DNA of 64,000 bases from Bacteriovoracaceae bacterium (GCA_048270185.1 JBLWTJ010000001.1:1711754-1775753), one strand, 5' to 3'. Shown: positions 49,741 through 60,849, counted from the first letter of the stretch. The notes: generated by a model not told the origin, from the letters alone. Program-made: numbers and translations.

Positions 49741-50097
49741 CTAATCAACGAATGCAATATAAGCCATCTTAGAGTTATCACCAACTCTGTTGTCAGAAAG
49801 CTTCATGATTCTAGTGTAACCACCATTTCTTTCCTTGAATTTTGGTCCAAGTTCAGTAAATAGCTTCTGTACAGCATTCTTATCATTAAGTTTTTTGTAA
49901 GCAAGTCTTCTATTGGCTACAGTATCATTCTTAGATAGTGTAATTAGTTTTTCAACAACAGGCTTGATCGCTTTAGCTCTTGTAAGAGTCGTTTTAATCA
50001 TACCGTGGTCAATAACTTCAGAAGCAAGGTTCTTAACCATTGCAACTCTATGTGAAGGACTTACGCCTAATTTATATTTATGTCTTTGATGTCTCAT
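49741..50097 (-). CDS. rplQ: 50S ribosomal protein L17
   Basis: MRHQ, RNGGYTRI; follows rpoA. Confidence 0.97.
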   Translation of the reverse strand: MRHQRHKYKLGVSPSHRVAMVKNLASEVIDHGMIKTTLTRAKAIKPVVEKLITLSKNDTVANRRLAYKKLNDKNAVQKLFTELGPKFKERNGGYTRIMKLSDNRVGDNSKMAYIAFVD

Positions 50098-50121
50098 ATC
50101 TCTACCTCAACTTATAACAAC

Positions 50122-51141
50122 TTAGTTTTCTTCTTTAAGATCTTGCATAATGCTATCAACTTTCATACCTAGACCTAGACCCATTTGAGATAAAACTTCT
50201 TTAATCTCATTAAGTGACTTACGTCCAAAGTTTTTAGTTCTTAGCATTTCGCCTTCTGTCTTAGAAACTAGCTCATAGATATACTTAATATCTGCGTTCT
50301 GCAAGCAGTTTGCAGATCTTACAGACAGTTCAAGCTCAGAAACAGGCTTTAATAGAGCTGCATTAGCTGTATTTTGTTGTTTCTTTGGCTTAGTTTCCAT
50401 TCTTGTAATTTCTTCTTCATCTTCGAAGCTTAAGAAAACAGCAAGTTGATCTCTAAGGATTTTTGCAGAATATGCAACAGCATCCGAAGGCTCAACACCA
50501 GCGTTTGTCCAAACTTCTAGAGTAAGTTTATCGAAATCCGTTCTCTTCCCAACACGAGAGTTAGTTACAGTGTAGTTTACACGACTAACAGGTGAGAAAA
50601 GTGAATCTAGATAAATCCAACCGATTGGAAGATCAAATGACTCTTTATTATCTAAAGCAGTTACATATCCTTTTCCTCTAGCAACAAGTAGTTCCATTTT
50701 AATAGATCCACCAGTTGAAAGGTTACAAATAGCATGCTCTGGATTTAAAACTTCTACATTAGCAGATTCAGAGATATCACCAGCAGTAACAACACCTTCA
50801 ACATTTTTTTCAAGTGTAAGAGTTACTTGCTCTTTATCTTTAATTCTGAAATGTACTTCTTTTAAGTTAAGAATGATCTCAGAAACTTCTTCTTTTACGT
50901 TGTTAATTGTACCGAATTCGTGCTCAACACCTTCGATTCTAATTGCAACAATACCAGCACCTTGAAGAGATGATAGTAGTACACGACGAAGTGAATTTCC
51001 AAGAGTTTGTCCATAACCTCTCTCAAGAGGCTTAGCAACGAACTTACCATAAGTCTTAGTTAGCTTATCGTTATCCATTTCCAAAGCTACTGGTCTTATC
51101 ATTCCTGTCCAATTTTTTGCTGTAAATGTGTTCACAGACAA
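50122..51141 (-). CDS. rpoA: RNA polymerase alpha subunit (GTG 51135 is a likelier start)
   Basis: PLERGYGQTLGNSLRRVLLSS, LELSVRSANCL, NFGRKSLNEI. Confidence 0.98.
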   Translation of the reverse strand: MSVNTFTAKNWTGMIRPVALEMDNDKLTKTYGKFVAKPLERGYGQTLGNSLRRVLLSSLQGAGIVAIRIEGVEHEFGTINNVKEEVSEIILNLKEVHFRIKDKEQVTLTLEKNVEGVVTAGDISESANVEVLNPEHAICNLSTGGSIKMELLVARGKGYVTALDNKESFDLPIGWIYLDSLFSPVSRVNYTVTNSRVGKRTDFDKLTLEVWTNAGVEPSDAVAYSAKILRDQLAVFLSFEDEEEITRMETKPKKQQNTANAALLKPVSELELSVRSANCLQNADIKYIYELVSKTEGEMLRTKNFGRKSLNEIKEVLSQMGLGLGMKVDSIMQDLKEEN

Positions 51142-51166
51142 CTCCTTAATAATATAAGTCTATTAA

Positions 51167-51556
51167 TTATACTCTTCTTCTCTTAGGTGCACGACATCCA
51201 TTGTGTGGAATTGGTGACCTATCAGCAACAGAAGTAATCTTAAGTCCTGCAGCAATAAACGCTCTAACAGCATTTTCTCTACCTGCACCTGGACCTTTAA
51301 CTCTTACTTCTACAGTAGAAAGACCATGCTCAATAGCTTTCTTAGCTGCTTCCATTGAAGCCATCTGTGCTGCGAATGGAGTCGACTTTTTAGATCCTCT
51401 AAAACCTAGCTGACCAGCAGACGCCCATGAAATTGCGTTACCACTCATATCTGTGAATGTAACAATTGTATTATTGAAAGAACATTGAATATGAGCGATA
51501 CCTCTCGAAATATTCTTTTTTACTTTTTTCTTTGAAGCTGTTTTCTTAACCATCAT
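51167..51556 (-). CDS. rpsK: 30S ribosomal protein S11
   Basis: [21 protein letters not shown]. Confidence 0.98.
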   Translation of the reverse strand: MMVKKTASKKKVKKNISRGIAHIQCSFNNTIVTFTDMSGNAISWASAGQLGFRGSKKSTPFAAQMASMEAAKKAIEHGLSTVEVRVKGPGAGRENAVRAFIAAGLKITSVADRSPIPHNGCRAPKRRRV

Positions 51557-51569
51557 TAACTCCTAACAA

Positions 51570-51953
51570 TTACTTCATTGACTTGATTGACTTCTTACCT
51601 GCGATTGCTACTGCTGGTCCCTTACGAGTACGAGCATTTGTAGAAGTTCTTTGACCTCTAACAGGAAGACCTTTTCTATGTCTAATCCCTCTGTAACAAC
51701 CTAAGTCTTTTAGTCGTTTAATGTTAAGACCAACTTCTCTACGTAAGTCACCTTCTACAGTGTACTCACTTTCTAGAAGAAGTCTGATTTCGTTTGCTTC
51801 TTCTTCAGTCAGTTCATTTGAACTTTTGTTTGAATCAATGTTTGTTTTTTCTAATACTTCCTTAGCAACCGATGGCCCTACACCATAAATCGATTGTAAA
51901 GCAATTCTCATTACTTTATTTCTAGGAATATCAACACCAAGTATTCTCGCCAT
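51570..51953 (-). CDS. rpsM: 30S ribosomal protein S13
   Basis: [19 protein letters not shown]. Confidence 0.98.
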   Translation of the reverse strand: MARILGVDIPRNKVMRIALQSIYGVGPSVAKEVLEKTNIDSNKSSNELTEEEANEIRLLLESEYTVEGDLRREVGLNIKRLKDLGCYRGIRHRKGLPVRGQRTSTNARTRKGPAVAIAGKKSIKSMK

Positions 51954-51971
51954 AGCTACACTCCTTCTATG

Positions 51972-52085
51972 TTAACCTTGTCTCTGTTTGTGCTTAGGGT
52001 TTTTACATACAACTCTAAGTACGCCTCTTCTTTTAATAACTTTACAATCTTTGCACATCTGCTTAACTGATGCTCTAACTTTCAT
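51972..52085 (-). CDS. rpmJ: 50S ribosomal protein L36 (not in ORF track)
   Basis: [37 protein letters not shown]. Confidence 0.97.
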   Translation of the reverse strand: MKVRASVKQMCKDCKVIKRRGVLRVVCKNPKHKQRQG

Positions 52086-52106
52086 AACAACCTCGTAAAT
52101 TCTACA

Positions 52107-52331
52107 CTAGCGTTTTTTACTTCTATATGTAATACGTCCCTTCGTTAAGTCATACTTGCTGATTTCAACAAGTACCTTATCTCCAGGTAAAATTTTAATA
52201 AAGTGCATTCTCATCTTACCGCTAATATGTGCGATAACAGAGTGTCCATTAGGTAACTTAACCTTAAATTTAGTATTAGGAAGAAGTTCAGTAACTTCAC
52301 CTTCTACTTCAATACTTTCCTGATTACTCAT
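52107..52331 (-). CDS. infA: Translation initiation factor IF-1
   Basis: [31 protein letters not shown]. Confidence 0.98.
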   Translation of the reverse strand: MSNQESIEVEGEVTELLPNTKFKVKLPNGHSVIAHISGKMRMHFIKILPGDKVLVEISKYDLTKGRITYRSKKR

Positions 52332-52405
52332 CTTCTAAAATACCTAAAGTAATTGCTTATATATGACTCACGGCCATATAGCAAGCGCAATTTTGTGTAA
52401 TTATA

Positions 52406-53041
52406 TTATTTAACAACTTTTTTAATATTATCAAAAATCTCTTCAAGTCCCTTTGTAGCGTCAACTCTAACAAGTCGGCCCTGAGACTCATAATACTCGA
52501 GCACAGGCTCGATATTATCAGTAAAAACTTGCATTCTAGTTCTTACTGTATCCTCATTGTCATCTTTACGATGTACAAGATCTTCACCAGAAACGTCGCA
52601 TTTTCCGTCGACTTTTGGTGGTCTAGTTTTCAGGTTATAAATTTCACCACTTTTTGGAGCAACACGTCTGTTAACGATTCTCTCTACTAAAGTATCTAAC
52701 TTTATGTCAAAGTAGATTGCTAGTGATTTAACTCCACCTAAAAGTGCACTGTCTAAATCCTTAGCCTGTACAAGATTACGTGGATAACCATCAAAAATAT
52801 ATGTTGATTTATCAACCGCGCAATTCGCCTTTAATAAATCAAGTACTAATTCATCACTTACTAATTGCCCAGATGACATAATCTCCTTGATTTTGTTACC
52901 AAGGTCTGAATCCTTAGCAACTTCCTCTCGAAGTAAATCTCCAGTAGAAACGTGATTGTAGCCAAGCTCATTAACGATTTTCTTAGCTTGCGTTCCCTTT
53001 CCTGAGCCAGGAGCTCCTATAAGTATTAATTGTGGAGCCAT
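52406..53041 (-). CDS. adk: Adenylate kinase
   Basis: GAPGSGKGTQ, STGDLLR, DGYPR. Confidence 0.97.
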   Translation of the reverse strand: MAPQLILIGAPGSGKGTQAKKIVNELGYNHVSTGDLLREEVAKDSDLGNKIKEIMSSGQLVSDELVLDLLKANCAVDKSTYIFDGYPRNLVQAKDLDSALLGGVKSLAIYFDIKLDTLVERIVNRRVAPKSGEIYNLKTRPPKVDGKCDVSGEDLVHRKDDNEDTVRTRMQVFTDNIEPVLEYYESQGRLVRVDATKGLEEIFDNIKKVVK

Positions 53042-53044
53042 TAA

Positions 53045-54358
53045 TTAGAACCTTCTGTTATTTCCGTTATATTTACCTTTAGATTTGTATGACATTTCAT
53101 ACTTATCAGCAAACATAAACGATTGTACGTTCATCATTACTCTAACAGAGACAGAAACTAAGATTAGCATTGATGTACCACCAAAACGAGTCTGAGCACC
53201 AGTAATTAACGAAGGAACAATACACACAACAATAAGGAATAATGCACCAAAGAAAGATAGACGATTTAAAAGAGTGTCTAAATATTCTTTTGTCTTATCA
53301 CCCGGTCTAATACCAGGGATAAATGCATTGTTCTTTTGAAGCATTTCAGAAATTTTCTTTGTCTTGAACTGAATCGGTGCATAGAAATATGTCATATACA
53401 CGATAAGAGTTGCGAAAAGAATATTAAATAATATTTGTCCTGGATATAAACTCTGTTGAATTGTATCAAAATAAGGCTTCAGCGCACTATCCGTTGGGAT
53501 AAAAGTTGCAAAAGTGGCTGGAGCTGCAAGTAGAGAAGAAGCAAGGATAGGAGGCATAACTCCACCTGTATCAACTCTCATAGGTAGAGTTTGGTTACCA
53601 CCGTATACACGGTTGTTAACAACTCTCTTAGCATATTGAACAGGAACTGCTCTAAATGCTCTTTCAATAAACGCTACAATAAAAAATGCAACGACAATAA
53701 CGGCCACAAAAGTAAGTAGCTCTAAACCACCCATTTCACCGTTTCTAAATAGTGTAATTTTTTGGATAACTTCTGATGGAAGTTCAACAGCAATACCTGC
53801 AAAGATAATTAGAGAAACGCCATTTTCTAAACCAAACTCAGTGATTCTTTCACCAAGCCATAGTAGAAACATTGTTCCTGCTGCTAAAGTGATCATCGTT
53901 ACAATTCTGAAAAGCATTCCTGGGTCAGGAATAACTCTTGCACCACCTGGAGAAACAAATGTTTCGAATACAGCGGCCATTGAATAACCTTGTATGCAAC
54001 AGAGTATTACTGTTGCATACCTAGTCCACTTTTGTATTTTTTTGTTACCTTCTGAGTCTTCTTGTAGCTCTTGGATTTGAGGTATTACCTCACCAAGAAG
54101 AGAAAAAATAATTGAAGTAGTGATATAAGGCATAATTCCAAGTGCTAGGACTGAGAATCTCTTAAATGCACCACCACTGAAAGTGTTGATTAGGTCAAAA
54201 AGACTTCCACCACCAGCTTCGGCAAAATAAGAACTGATTGCTTGCGCATCAACCCCAGGAACAGGGATTTGCGCAACCAATCTATATACTACTAATAATA
54301 AAAAAGTAAAAAAGACTTTTTTCTTAAGCTCTTCAAGTTTTCCTTGAGCGTTTGACAT
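53045..54358 (-). CDS. secY: Preprotein translocase SecY
   Basis: LGIMPYIT, WLGERIT, FIPGIRPG, GGTSMLI. Confidence 0.98.
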   Translation of the reverse strand: MSNAQGKLEELKKKVFFTFLLLVVYRLVAQIPVPGVDAQAISSYFAEAGGGSLFDLINTFSGGAFKRFSVLALGIMPYITTSIIFSLLGEVIPQIQELQEDSEGNKKIQKWTRYATVILCCIQGYSMAAVFETFVSPGGARVIPDPGMLFRIVTMITLAAGTMFLLWLGERITEFGLENGVSLIIFAGIAVELPSEVIQKITLFRNGEMGGLELLTFVAVIVVAFFIVAFIERAFRAVPVQYAKRVVNNRVYGGNQTLPMRVDTGGVMPPILASSLLAAPATFATFIPTDSALKPYFDTIQQSLYPGQILFNILFATLIVYMTYFYAPIQFKTKKISEMLQKNNAFIPGIRPGDKTKEYLDTLLNRLSFFGALFLIVVCIVPSLITGAQTRFGGTSMLILVSVSVRVMMNVQSFMFADKYEMSYKSKGKYNGNNRRF

Positions 54359-54374
54359 CAGACGATCCTTTTAT

Positions 54375-54830
54375 CTATTTTGTTGCTATTTTTCCACCAG
54401 CTTTCTCGATTGCTTCTACAGCACTCTTAGAAAACTTTTCAATATTAACAAAATTTAACGATTTTGAAAGCTCTCCGTTAGCAAGAATTTTCACTGGACG
54501 TCTTTTATCGATACCTTTAAGAATACCTTTTTCAATTAGAGCTTCTTTTGTAACGTCTCCGCCATCAAATTTAGCTTCTAGAGTCGCAAGAGATACCTCA
54601 GCATAAACTGTCTTAAATGGTGCGTTAGAGAAGCCTCTTTTTGGAAGACGCATATATAATGGCATCGCCCCACCTTCAAAACCAGTTCTTACACCGCCAC
54701 CAGCACGAGCCTTTTGACCCTTGTGCCCTTTACCGGCTTGTGTACCTTGACCTGAACCTTGTCCACGACCAATTCTTTTAATATTCTTATGAGCACCTTT
54801 TGGGCTTTTTAAGTTATTTAAAGTTAACAT
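54375..54830 (-). CDS. rplO: 50S ribosomal protein L15
   Basis: GRGQGSG, GFEGGAMPL..RLPKRGF. Confidence 0.97.
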   Translation of the reverse strand: MLTLNNLKSPKGAHKNIKRIGRGQGSGQGTQAGKGHKGQKARAGGGVRTGFEGGAMPLYMRLPKRGFSNAPFKTVYAEVSLATLEAKFDGGDVTKEALIEKGILKGIDKRRPVKILANGELSKSLNFVNIEKFSKSAVEAIEKAGGKIATK

Positions 54831-54838
54831 ATCTACCT

Positions 54839-55021
54839 CTACTCCTGAATATCTAGAAGGTGAATTACCTTCTTGATCATTCCTCTAACAGCTGATGTAT
54901 TTTCTAATGTCTTAGATGTACCTGTTTTTCTAAGACCTAGGCCTCTAACTGTAGCTTTCTGCTTCTCAGTACATTTGATTGTACTTTTCTTTAATGTAAC
55001 TGTAATTGTTTTCGCTGCCAT
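54839..55021 (-). CDS. rpmD: 50S ribosomal protein L30
   Basis: TVRGLGLRK, RGMIKKV; position in spc operon. Confidence 0.95.
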   Translation of the reverse strand: MAAKTITVTLKKSTIKCTEKQKATVRGLGLRKTGTSKTLENTSAVRGMIKKVIHLLDIQE

Positions 55022-55032
55022 ATCAACCTCAA

Positions 55033-55623
55033 CTAACCTTTAATTCTTAAGCCTTTAGCTTCTTTACCACGTGCCTTAGCAACTTCTTCAACAGATCTTA
55101 ATTGCTTAAGAGCATCAAATGTCGCCTTAACGATATTGTGTGGGTTGTTTCCTCTAAGTGACTTAGTTAAAACATCTTTTACACCTGCAAGTTCTAGGAT
55201 TGAACGACATGCACCAGCAGCCTTAACCCCTGTACCTTCTGCAGCAGGCTTGAAAAGAATACGACCTGCATCGAATTCACCCATTACAGTATGAGGAATT
55301 GTTCCAGCATCAACTGGTACGTTAATCATACTTTTCTGAGCAGCTTGTGTAGCTTTTCTAATCGCTTCTGGAACTTCTTTAGCTTTACCAAGTCCGTAAC
55401 CTACACGACCATTCTTATCACCAACGATCATAAGTGCACTAAAAGAAAATCTTCTACCACCCTTCATAACCTTTGCAACTCTGTTTACAGCAACAACTCT
55501 TTCCTCTAGCTCAACGTCCATGCTTGATGCTTGACGTTTCTTAGCTGGAGCTTTTTTAGAAGCTTGCTTTTTCTTTGGTTCAGCCTTAGCTGTTTTTTCA
55601 ACACTTTTATTTTCTTCAGTCAT
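55033..55623 (-). CDS. rpsE: 30S ribosomal protein S5
   Basis: [24 protein letters not shown]. Confidence 0.97.
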   Translation of the reverse strand: MTEENKSVEKTAKAEPKKKQASKKAPAKKRQASSMDVELEERVVAVNRVAKVMKGGRRFSFSALMIVGDKNGRVGYGLGKAKEVPEAIRKATQAAQKSMINVPVDAGTIPHTVMGEFDAGRILFKPAAEGTGVKAAGACRSILELAGVKDVLTKSLRGNNPHNIVKATFDALKQLRSVEEVAKARGKEAKGLRIKG

Positions 55624-55632
55624 TACTTACTC

Positions 55633-56010
55633 CTAAATTTGAATTCCATTTTCTCTAGCAGACTCAACAACAGCTTTAATTACACCGTGGTACTTAAGAC
55701 CGTTTCTGTCGAATACAGCAGTAGAAATATTGTTAGACTTTAGGTTTTCAGCAAGTTTTGCACCAACAAGTGTTGCACCAGCAACGTTGCTTTTTCCTTC
55801 AACAGCGTTCTTACCATAAGTTTGAACACTAAATAGTGTCTTATTAGCAGCATCATCAATTACTTGAACAGTGATGTGCTTGTTTGTACGGTTAACAGAA
55901 AGACGTGGTCTCTCAGCTGAACCAACAACTTTCTTACGGATTGCAAGTTTTCTTCTAATTTTTCTAGCTGTACTTGCTTTACCAGCTTTACCATAAGGTT
56001 TTCTAATCAT
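55633..56010 (-). CDS. rplR: 50S ribosomal protein L18
   Basis: RPRLSV, VFDRNGLKYHG. Confidence 0.96.
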   Translation of the reverse strand: MIRKPYGKAGKASTARKIRRKLAIRKKVVGSAERPRLSVNRTNKHITVQVIDDAANKTLFSVQTYGKNAVEGKSNVAGATLVGAKLAENLKSNNISTAVFDRNGLKYHGVIKAVVESARENGIQI

Positions 56011-56065
56011 TTTGATCTCCTCACCCTAGGCCCTAACTGCGGGCCATTCTCAGGCTACATTTTTA

Positions 56066-56602
56066 TTACTTACCGCCAGATTTACCAGCTTTTCTAATAA
56101 TTGTTTCTTCAGCGTACTTAATACCTTTACCTTTATATGGCTCAGGTGGTCTGAATGAACGGATTTTTGCAGCAGCAAATCCTAGAAGTTCCTTATTAGT
56201 ACCAGAAAGTTCAATTTCTTTACCAGCAACTTTCGCTGCTACACCTTCAGGTAGTTCATAGTCAATTGGGTGAGAATAACCAAGGTTAAGAGTTAGTGTA
56301 TTTCCACTAACAGCTGCCTTGTAACCAACACCGTTGAACTCTAGCTTTCTAACAAATCCATCAGTAACACCAGTTACCATGTTTGAAACGATTTGTCTTG
56401 CTGTTCCCCACATTGCACGAGACTTAATTGACTCATCAACTGGAGTTACTTTAATTTCATTACCTTCTTGTGAAAAAGTTACTCTATCATTGAAAGAATA
56501 CTCTAGTTCACCCTTAGGTCCTTTAACAGATACCGAAGTACCGTTTATTACTACCTGAACTTTCTCAGGAACTACTACCGGGTTTTTTCCTACACGTGAC
56601 AT
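56066..56602 (-). CDS. rplF: 50S ribosomal protein L6
   Basis: MSRVGK, RPPEPYKGKGI. Confidence 0.97.
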   Translation of the reverse strand: MSRVGKNPVVVPEKVQVVINGTSVSVKGPKGELEYSFNDRVTFSQEGNEIKVTPVDESIKSRAMWGTARQIVSNMVTGVTDGFVRKLEFNGVGYKAAVSGNTLTLNLGYSHPIDYELPEGVAAKVAGKEIELSGTNKELLGFAAAKIRSFRPPEPYKGKGIKYAEETIIRKAGKSGGK

Positions 56603-56615
56603 TGCTCGCTCCCTA

Positions 56616-56999
56616 CTACCAAATACTACAGATTACTTCACCACCAACTTTTGTCGCTCTCGCTTCTCTATCAGAAATAATTCCTTTAGAAGTTGATAGG
56701 ATTGAAGTTCCAAGACCACTGATTACTCTTGAGATGTCCTTGTAACCACGGTACTGTCTTAGACCTGGTTTAGAAACTCTCTTAAGTCCAACAATTGCGT
56801 CTTCTTTAAGTAGTACTTTAATTCTAATATCTGATTGGCTCTTTGCAATGATTTTGAATGAACGAATATATCCTTCGTCCTTCATAACTTTACAAACACC
56901 TGCTTTCATTTTCGACGCTGGGAATTCAACTCTATCGTGTCCAGCATTGATTGCATTTCTAATTCTTGTTAACATATCTGAAATAGGATCTGTCATCAT
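56616..56999 (-). CDS. rpsH: 30S ribosomal protein S8
   Basis: DPISDMLTRIRNA, SKPGLR, GGEV. Confidence 0.97.
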   Translation of the reverse strand: MMTDPISDMLTRIRNAINAGHDRVEFPASKMKAGVCKVMKDEGYIRSFKIIAKSQSDIRIKVLLKEDAIVGLKRVSKPGLRQYRGYKDISRVISGLGTSILSTSKGIISDREARATKVGGEVICSIW

Positions 57000-57018
57000 A
57001 ATTTCGTCTCCTCAACCC

Positions 57019-57324
57019 TTACCAGCTTGACTTCGTTACACCAGGGATCATTCCTCTAAGTGCTAATTCTCTAAATTGAATTCTAGATAATCTGAACTTT
57101 CTATAGAAAGCACGTGGACGTCCAGTTAATTCACATCTATTTCTAACTCTAATAGCTGCCGAGTTTCTTGGAAGTTTCTGAAGTTTAATCATTGCTTCAA
57201 ATCTATCTTCGTCAGAAAGGTTCTCGTTGATAATAGCGGCCTTAAGTTCTTTTCTTAACGTACCGTATTTTTCAGCAAGCTTAGCTCTTTTCTTGTTACT
57301 TTCAATTTTCGCTTTTCTAGCCAT
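57019..57324 (-). CDS. rpsN: 30S ribosomal protein S14 (long, zinc-free form)
   Basis: 101 aa, [19 protein letters not shown]; single Cys. Confidence 0.96.
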   Translation of the reverse strand: MARKAKIESNKKRAKLAEKYGTLRKELKAAIINENLSDEDRFEAMIKLQKLPRNSAAIRVRNRCELTGRPRAFYRKFRLSRIQFRELALRGMIPGVTKSSW

Positions 57325-57338
57325 TACTATATCCTCTA

Positions 57339-57878
57339 TTACTTGTTAAAAGGCATACCGAAAAGGTTTAGGAGTTCTCTACCTTCTTCGTTATTGTTAG
57401 CAGTTGTTACAATTGAGATTCCTAGACCTCTTACCTTATCAATTTGATCGTAAGAAATTTCTGGGAAAATAATCTGCTCTTTTAAACCTAAAGTGTAGTT
57501 ACCTTTTCCATCGAAACCTTTAGATGAAACACCTCTAAAGTCACGTACTCTTGGAAGAGTGATGTTAACAAGTCTATCAAGGAATTCGTACATTCTTTCA
57601 CCACGAAGAGTAACGTTTGCACCAAGTGGCATACCTTCTCTAACTTTGAAGCCTGCTACAGACTTTCTAGCCTTAGCAATAACTGGTTTCTGACCTGTAA
57701 TAGTACCTAAGTCGCTAACAATCGACTGAACAACTTTAGAGTTAGTTACTGCGTCTCTTGTACAACAGTTAACCACTATCTTTTCTAGTTTAGGAATTTG
57801 GTTAACATTCTTATAACCAAACTTCTCAGTCATTTTATTTTTAATTTCATTTTTATAAAGTTCACTGAATCTACTCAT
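57339..57878 (-). CDS. rplE: 50S ribosomal protein L5
   Basis: [22 protein letters not shown]. Confidence 0.97.
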   Translation of the reverse strand: MSRFSELYKNEIKNKMTEKFGYKNVNQIPKLEKIVVNCCTRDAVTNSKVVQSIVSDLGTITGQKPVIAKARKSVAGFKVREGMPLGANVTLRGERMYEFLDRLVNITLPRVRDFRGVSSKGFDGKGNYTLGLKEQIIFPEISYDQIDKVRGLGISIVTTANNNEEGRELLNLFGMPFNK

Positions 57879-57891
57879 ATCTGCCTCTACC

Positions 57892-58203
57892 TTAACCTAA
57901 TACTGATCCGCAAGATACTGCAACTCTAACTTTCTTCCCATCTTTCTCTTCAATTCTTACTCTAGTAGCCTTTTTTGTTTTTGGGCTTACTACAGCAACA
58001 TTTGAGATATGAAGTGGAGCTGCGATATCTACGATTCCACCAGCTGGGTTCTCTTGAGTTGGTTTAATTGCTTTCTTTACTAGATTAACACCATCAACAT
58101 AAACAACTTTGGTCTTGAAGTTGATCTTTCCAACTACACCAGTTTTGCCTCTGTCTTTTCCTGTTAAAATAACTACATTATCATTCACTTTTAGCTTTTG
58201 CAT
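57892..58203 (-). CDS. rplX: 50S ribosomal protein L24
   Basis: [14 protein letters not shown]. Confidence 0.96.
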   Translation of the reverse strand: MQKLKVNDNVVILTGKDRGKTGVVGKINFKTKVVYVDGVNLVKKAIKPTQENPAGGIVDIAAPLHISNVAVVSPKTKKATRVRIEEKDGKKVRVAVSCGSVLG

Positions 58204-58225
58204 AACTTCCTCACTGAACCTTTGA

Positions 58226-58594
58226 CTAAAGAACTTCTGGAGCTAAAGAACAAATCTTTGTAAAGCTCTTGTTTCTTAATTCTCTTGCAACAGGACCAAA
58301 AATACGTGTTCCTACTGGTTCATTATTAGTATTAAGTATTACGACACTGTTCTTATCAAATCTGATATATGAACCGTCTTCTCTTCTAATAGGGTATTTA
58401 GTTCTTACAATAACTGCTTTCTTAACGTCACCCTTTTTAATTTTTCCACCTGGTAGTGCTTGCTGAACTGCTACAACTATAATGTCACCAAGGTTAGCGC
58501 TCATTCTTTTTGAACCACCTAGTACCTTGATACACTTTACTTCTTTAGCTCCAGAGTTATCAGCAACTTCTAACTTAGTTTGCATTTGGATCAT
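58226..58594 (-). CDS. rplN: 50S ribosomal protein L14
   Basis: [21 protein letters not shown]. Confidence 0.98.
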   Translation of the reverse strand: MIQMQTKLEVADNSGAKEVKCIKVLGGSKRMSANLGDIIVVAVQQALPGGKIKKGDVKKAVIVRTKYPIRREDGSYIRFDKNSVVILNTNNEPVGTRIFGPVARELRNKSFTKICSLAPEVL

Positions 58595-58624
58595 TACTAA
58601 CTCCTAAAATAGGCTTATTAAGCC

Positions 58625-58873
58625 TTACTTATTTACCTTTAACAGTTCCCACTTTTTGAGTTTTGAATAAGGTTTACTTTCAATAATTGTTACATTGTCA
58701 CCTAGATTTGCTTCTAAACTTACATTATGAGCATGGTATTTCTTAGTCTTTGTAACGAATTTACTATATACAGGGTGCTTAAAACGTCTAGCAACATTAA
58801 CGACAACTGTATTTTCATTCTTAACAGAAACAACTACACCTTCTAGCTTTCTCTTAAACGTATTAGTACTCAT
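58625..58873 (-). CDS. rpsQ: 30S ribosomal protein S17
   Basis: GVVVS, HPVYSK, KYHAH. Confidence 0.95.
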   Translation of the reverse strand: MSTNTFKRKLEGVVVSVKNENTVVVNVARRFKHPVYSKFVTKTKKYHAHNVSLEANLGDNVTIIESKPYSKLKKWELLKVNK

Positions 58874-58875
58874 GG

Positions 58876-59073
58876 TTACTCACCTTTAGCATTTTTTGCT
58901 GTTAATAATTTAGCAATATTCTTTTTTGCAACTTTTAACTGATGAGGCTTTTCAATACCACTTGTCGCTTTAGACATATTCATATCGAAAATAGCTCTTC
59001 TCATTTCAGCTACTTTTGCATCAATTTCTTTACCGCTTAAACCGCTTACTTCTTTATAATCTAACTTTTGCAT
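58876..59073 (-). CDS. rpmC: 50S ribosomal protein L29
   Basis: PHQLKVAKKNIAKLLT; position between rplP and rpsQ. Confidence 0.9.
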   Translation of the reverse strand: MQKLDYKEVSGLSGKEIDAKVAEMRRAIFDMNMSKATSGIEKPHQLKVAKKNIAKLLTAKNAKGE

Positions 59074-59088
59074 AACTTCCTCTAACGA

Positions 59089-59508
59089 TTAAAGTTCCTG
59101 CTGCTCTCTAGAAATAATTCTAGTTTTAACAGGCAGCTTGTACATAGCAAGCTTTAGTGCTTGTTTACTTAACTCAGGGTCGAAGTGCTTGATTTCAAAC
59201 ATTACTCTTCCTGGTTTAATTACTGCAACCCAAGAATCTGGAGAACCTTTACCTTTCCCCATACGAACTTCAGCTGGCTTCTTAGTAAGGACCTTATCTG
59301 GGAAGATTTTGATCCAAACATTACCACCTCTTTTGATCTTTCTTGTCATTGCAATACGGGCAGCTTCAATTTGACGGTTTGTTATATACCCACATGATAG
59401 GGCTTGTATAGCAAATTCACCGAACGTGATAGTATTTCCACGGTTTGCTTTCCCTTTCATTCTGCCTTTTTGTTGCTTACGCCACTTTACTTTTTTTGGA
59501 CTTAACAT
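59089..59508 (-). CDS. rplP: 50S ribosomal protein L16
   Basis: [15 protein letters not shown]. Confidence 0.98.
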   Translation of the reverse strand: MLSPKKVKWRKQQKGRMKGKANRGNTITFGEFAIQALSCGYITNRQIEAARIAMTRKIKRGGNVWIKIFPDKVLTKKPAEVRMGKGKGSPDSWVAVIKPGRVMFEIKHFDPELSKQALKLAMYKLPVKTRIISREQQEL

Positions 59509-59547
59509 ATTTACCTCAATAAAATAAATTCACTAACGAATTTCCAA

Positions 59548-60177
59548 CTACTTGTAAATCTCACCTTTATAAACCCAAACTTTTACACCGATAACACCGA
59601 ATGTAGTATGAGCTTCGGCAGTATTGTAATCAATATCTGCTCTAAGTGTGTGTAGAGGAACTTTTCTTTCTGTATAACCTTCTGCTCTTGCCATCTCAGC
59701 TCCACCAAGACGACCTGCAGTTCTAACGCGGATACCTTTTACTCCAGCTCTGAATGCTGACTGCATAACTTTCTTCATTGCTCTTCTGAAAGCTACACGT
59801 TTTTCAAGCTGACCTGCGATATTTTCAGCGATTAGTTTTGCTTCTGCATCTGGTCTTTTTACTTCTGCAATATTGAAGATTAGAGTTCCCTTAGTTAGTT
59901 TCTTAAGGTCATTTCTGATCTTTTCAATTCCTGCACCTTTTTTACCAATAGCAACACCTGGCTTAGCTGTGTAAACAGTAACTTTAACCTGGTTTGAAGT
60001 TCTTGATAATTCGATGTTTGCTACAGAAGCATTCTTCATGTTCTTTTCAATGTAGTTTCTAATCGCTAGATCTTCGTGAAGTGTTTCACCGTATTCTCTA
60101 TCGTTAGCAAACCAATTTGAATGCCATGATTTAATATAACCTAATCTAAAACCGTATGGATGTACTTTTTGTCCCAT
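59548..60177 (-). CDS. rpsC: 30S ribosomal protein S3
   Basis: MGQKVHPYGFRLG, GRLGGAEMAR, PLHTLRADIDY. Confidence 0.98.
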   Translation of the reverse strand: MGQKVHPYGFRLGYIKSWHSNWFANDREYGETLHEDLAIRNYIEKNMKNASVANIELSRTSNQVKVTVYTAKPGVAIGKKGAGIEKIRNDLKKLTKGTLIFNIAEVKRPDAEAKLIAENIAGQLEKRVAFRRAMKKVMQSAFRAGVKGIRVRTAGRLGGAEMARAEGYTERKVPLHTLRADIDYNTAEAHTTFGVIGVKVWVYKGEIYK

Positions 60178-60185
60178 AATTTATC

Positions 60186-60521
60186 CTATGCTTCTTTTAG
60201 TTCAACTGTTATGTGACTAGTTCTTTTTCTAATTCTGAACGCACGACCTTGAGCTCTTGGCTGAATACGCTTTAAAGTTGGACCTTCGTCAGCTTTAATC
60301 GTACCAATAACTAAATTGTCTAGATCATACTTTTCAGAATCAGCTGCGATAGCTAATCCACTATTAATTAATTTTGTTAAAACAAGTGCAATTTCTTTCT
60401 TCTCATTGAAACGTAAAATTTTTAACGCTTCAGAAGCTTTTTTCTTTCTGATTAGATCGCAAACCTGTCTAACTTTTCTAGGCGCGACACCAACTCTACT
60501 GTTTCTAACTGTAATGGCCAT
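60186..60521 (-). CDS. rplV: 50S ribosomal protein L22
   Basis: PRKVR, PRAQGRA, TSHITV. Confidence 0.97.
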   Translation of the reverse strand: MAITVRNSRVGVAPRKVRQVCDLIRKKKASEALKILRFNEKKEIALVLTKLINSGLAIAADSEKYDLDNLVIGTIKADEGPTLKRIQPRAQGRAFRIRKRTSHITVELKEA

Positions 60522-60552
60522 CTGACCTTCTCCTTATTCAACTGTAACTGTA

Positions 60553-60837
60553 CTATCTCTTCTTAGACTTCTTATCTGCACCGTGACCAAAATATGTTCT
60601 AGTTAGTGCAAATTCACCTAGCTTATGTCCGATCATGTTGTCAGTAACATAAACTGGTATGAATTTTTTTCCGTTGTGTACGGCAAAAGTAAGTCCGATA
60701 AACTCAGGAACGATAGTTGATCTTCTAGACCATGTCTTGATCACTTTGTTACCTTTGTTACCTTCTTCTTGCATTTGTAGAGCTTTTTTCATTAAGCTAA
60801 TATCAACAAATGGACCTTTTTTTAATGAACGGGCCAT
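60553..60837 (-). CDS. rpsS: 30S ribosomal protein S19
   Basis: [21 protein letters not shown]. Confidence 0.98.
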   Translation of the reverse strand: MARSLKKGPFVDISLMKKALQMQEEGNKGNKVIKTWSRRSTIVPEFIGLTFAVHNGKKFIPVYVTDNMIGHKLGEFALTRTYFGHGADKKSKKR

Positions 60838-60849
60838 ATTATTCTCCTA

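Noticed and set aside
56028..56046. GGCCC-N7-GGGCC hairpin between rplF and rplR
   Set aside because: Short stem, no U tract; function not supportable
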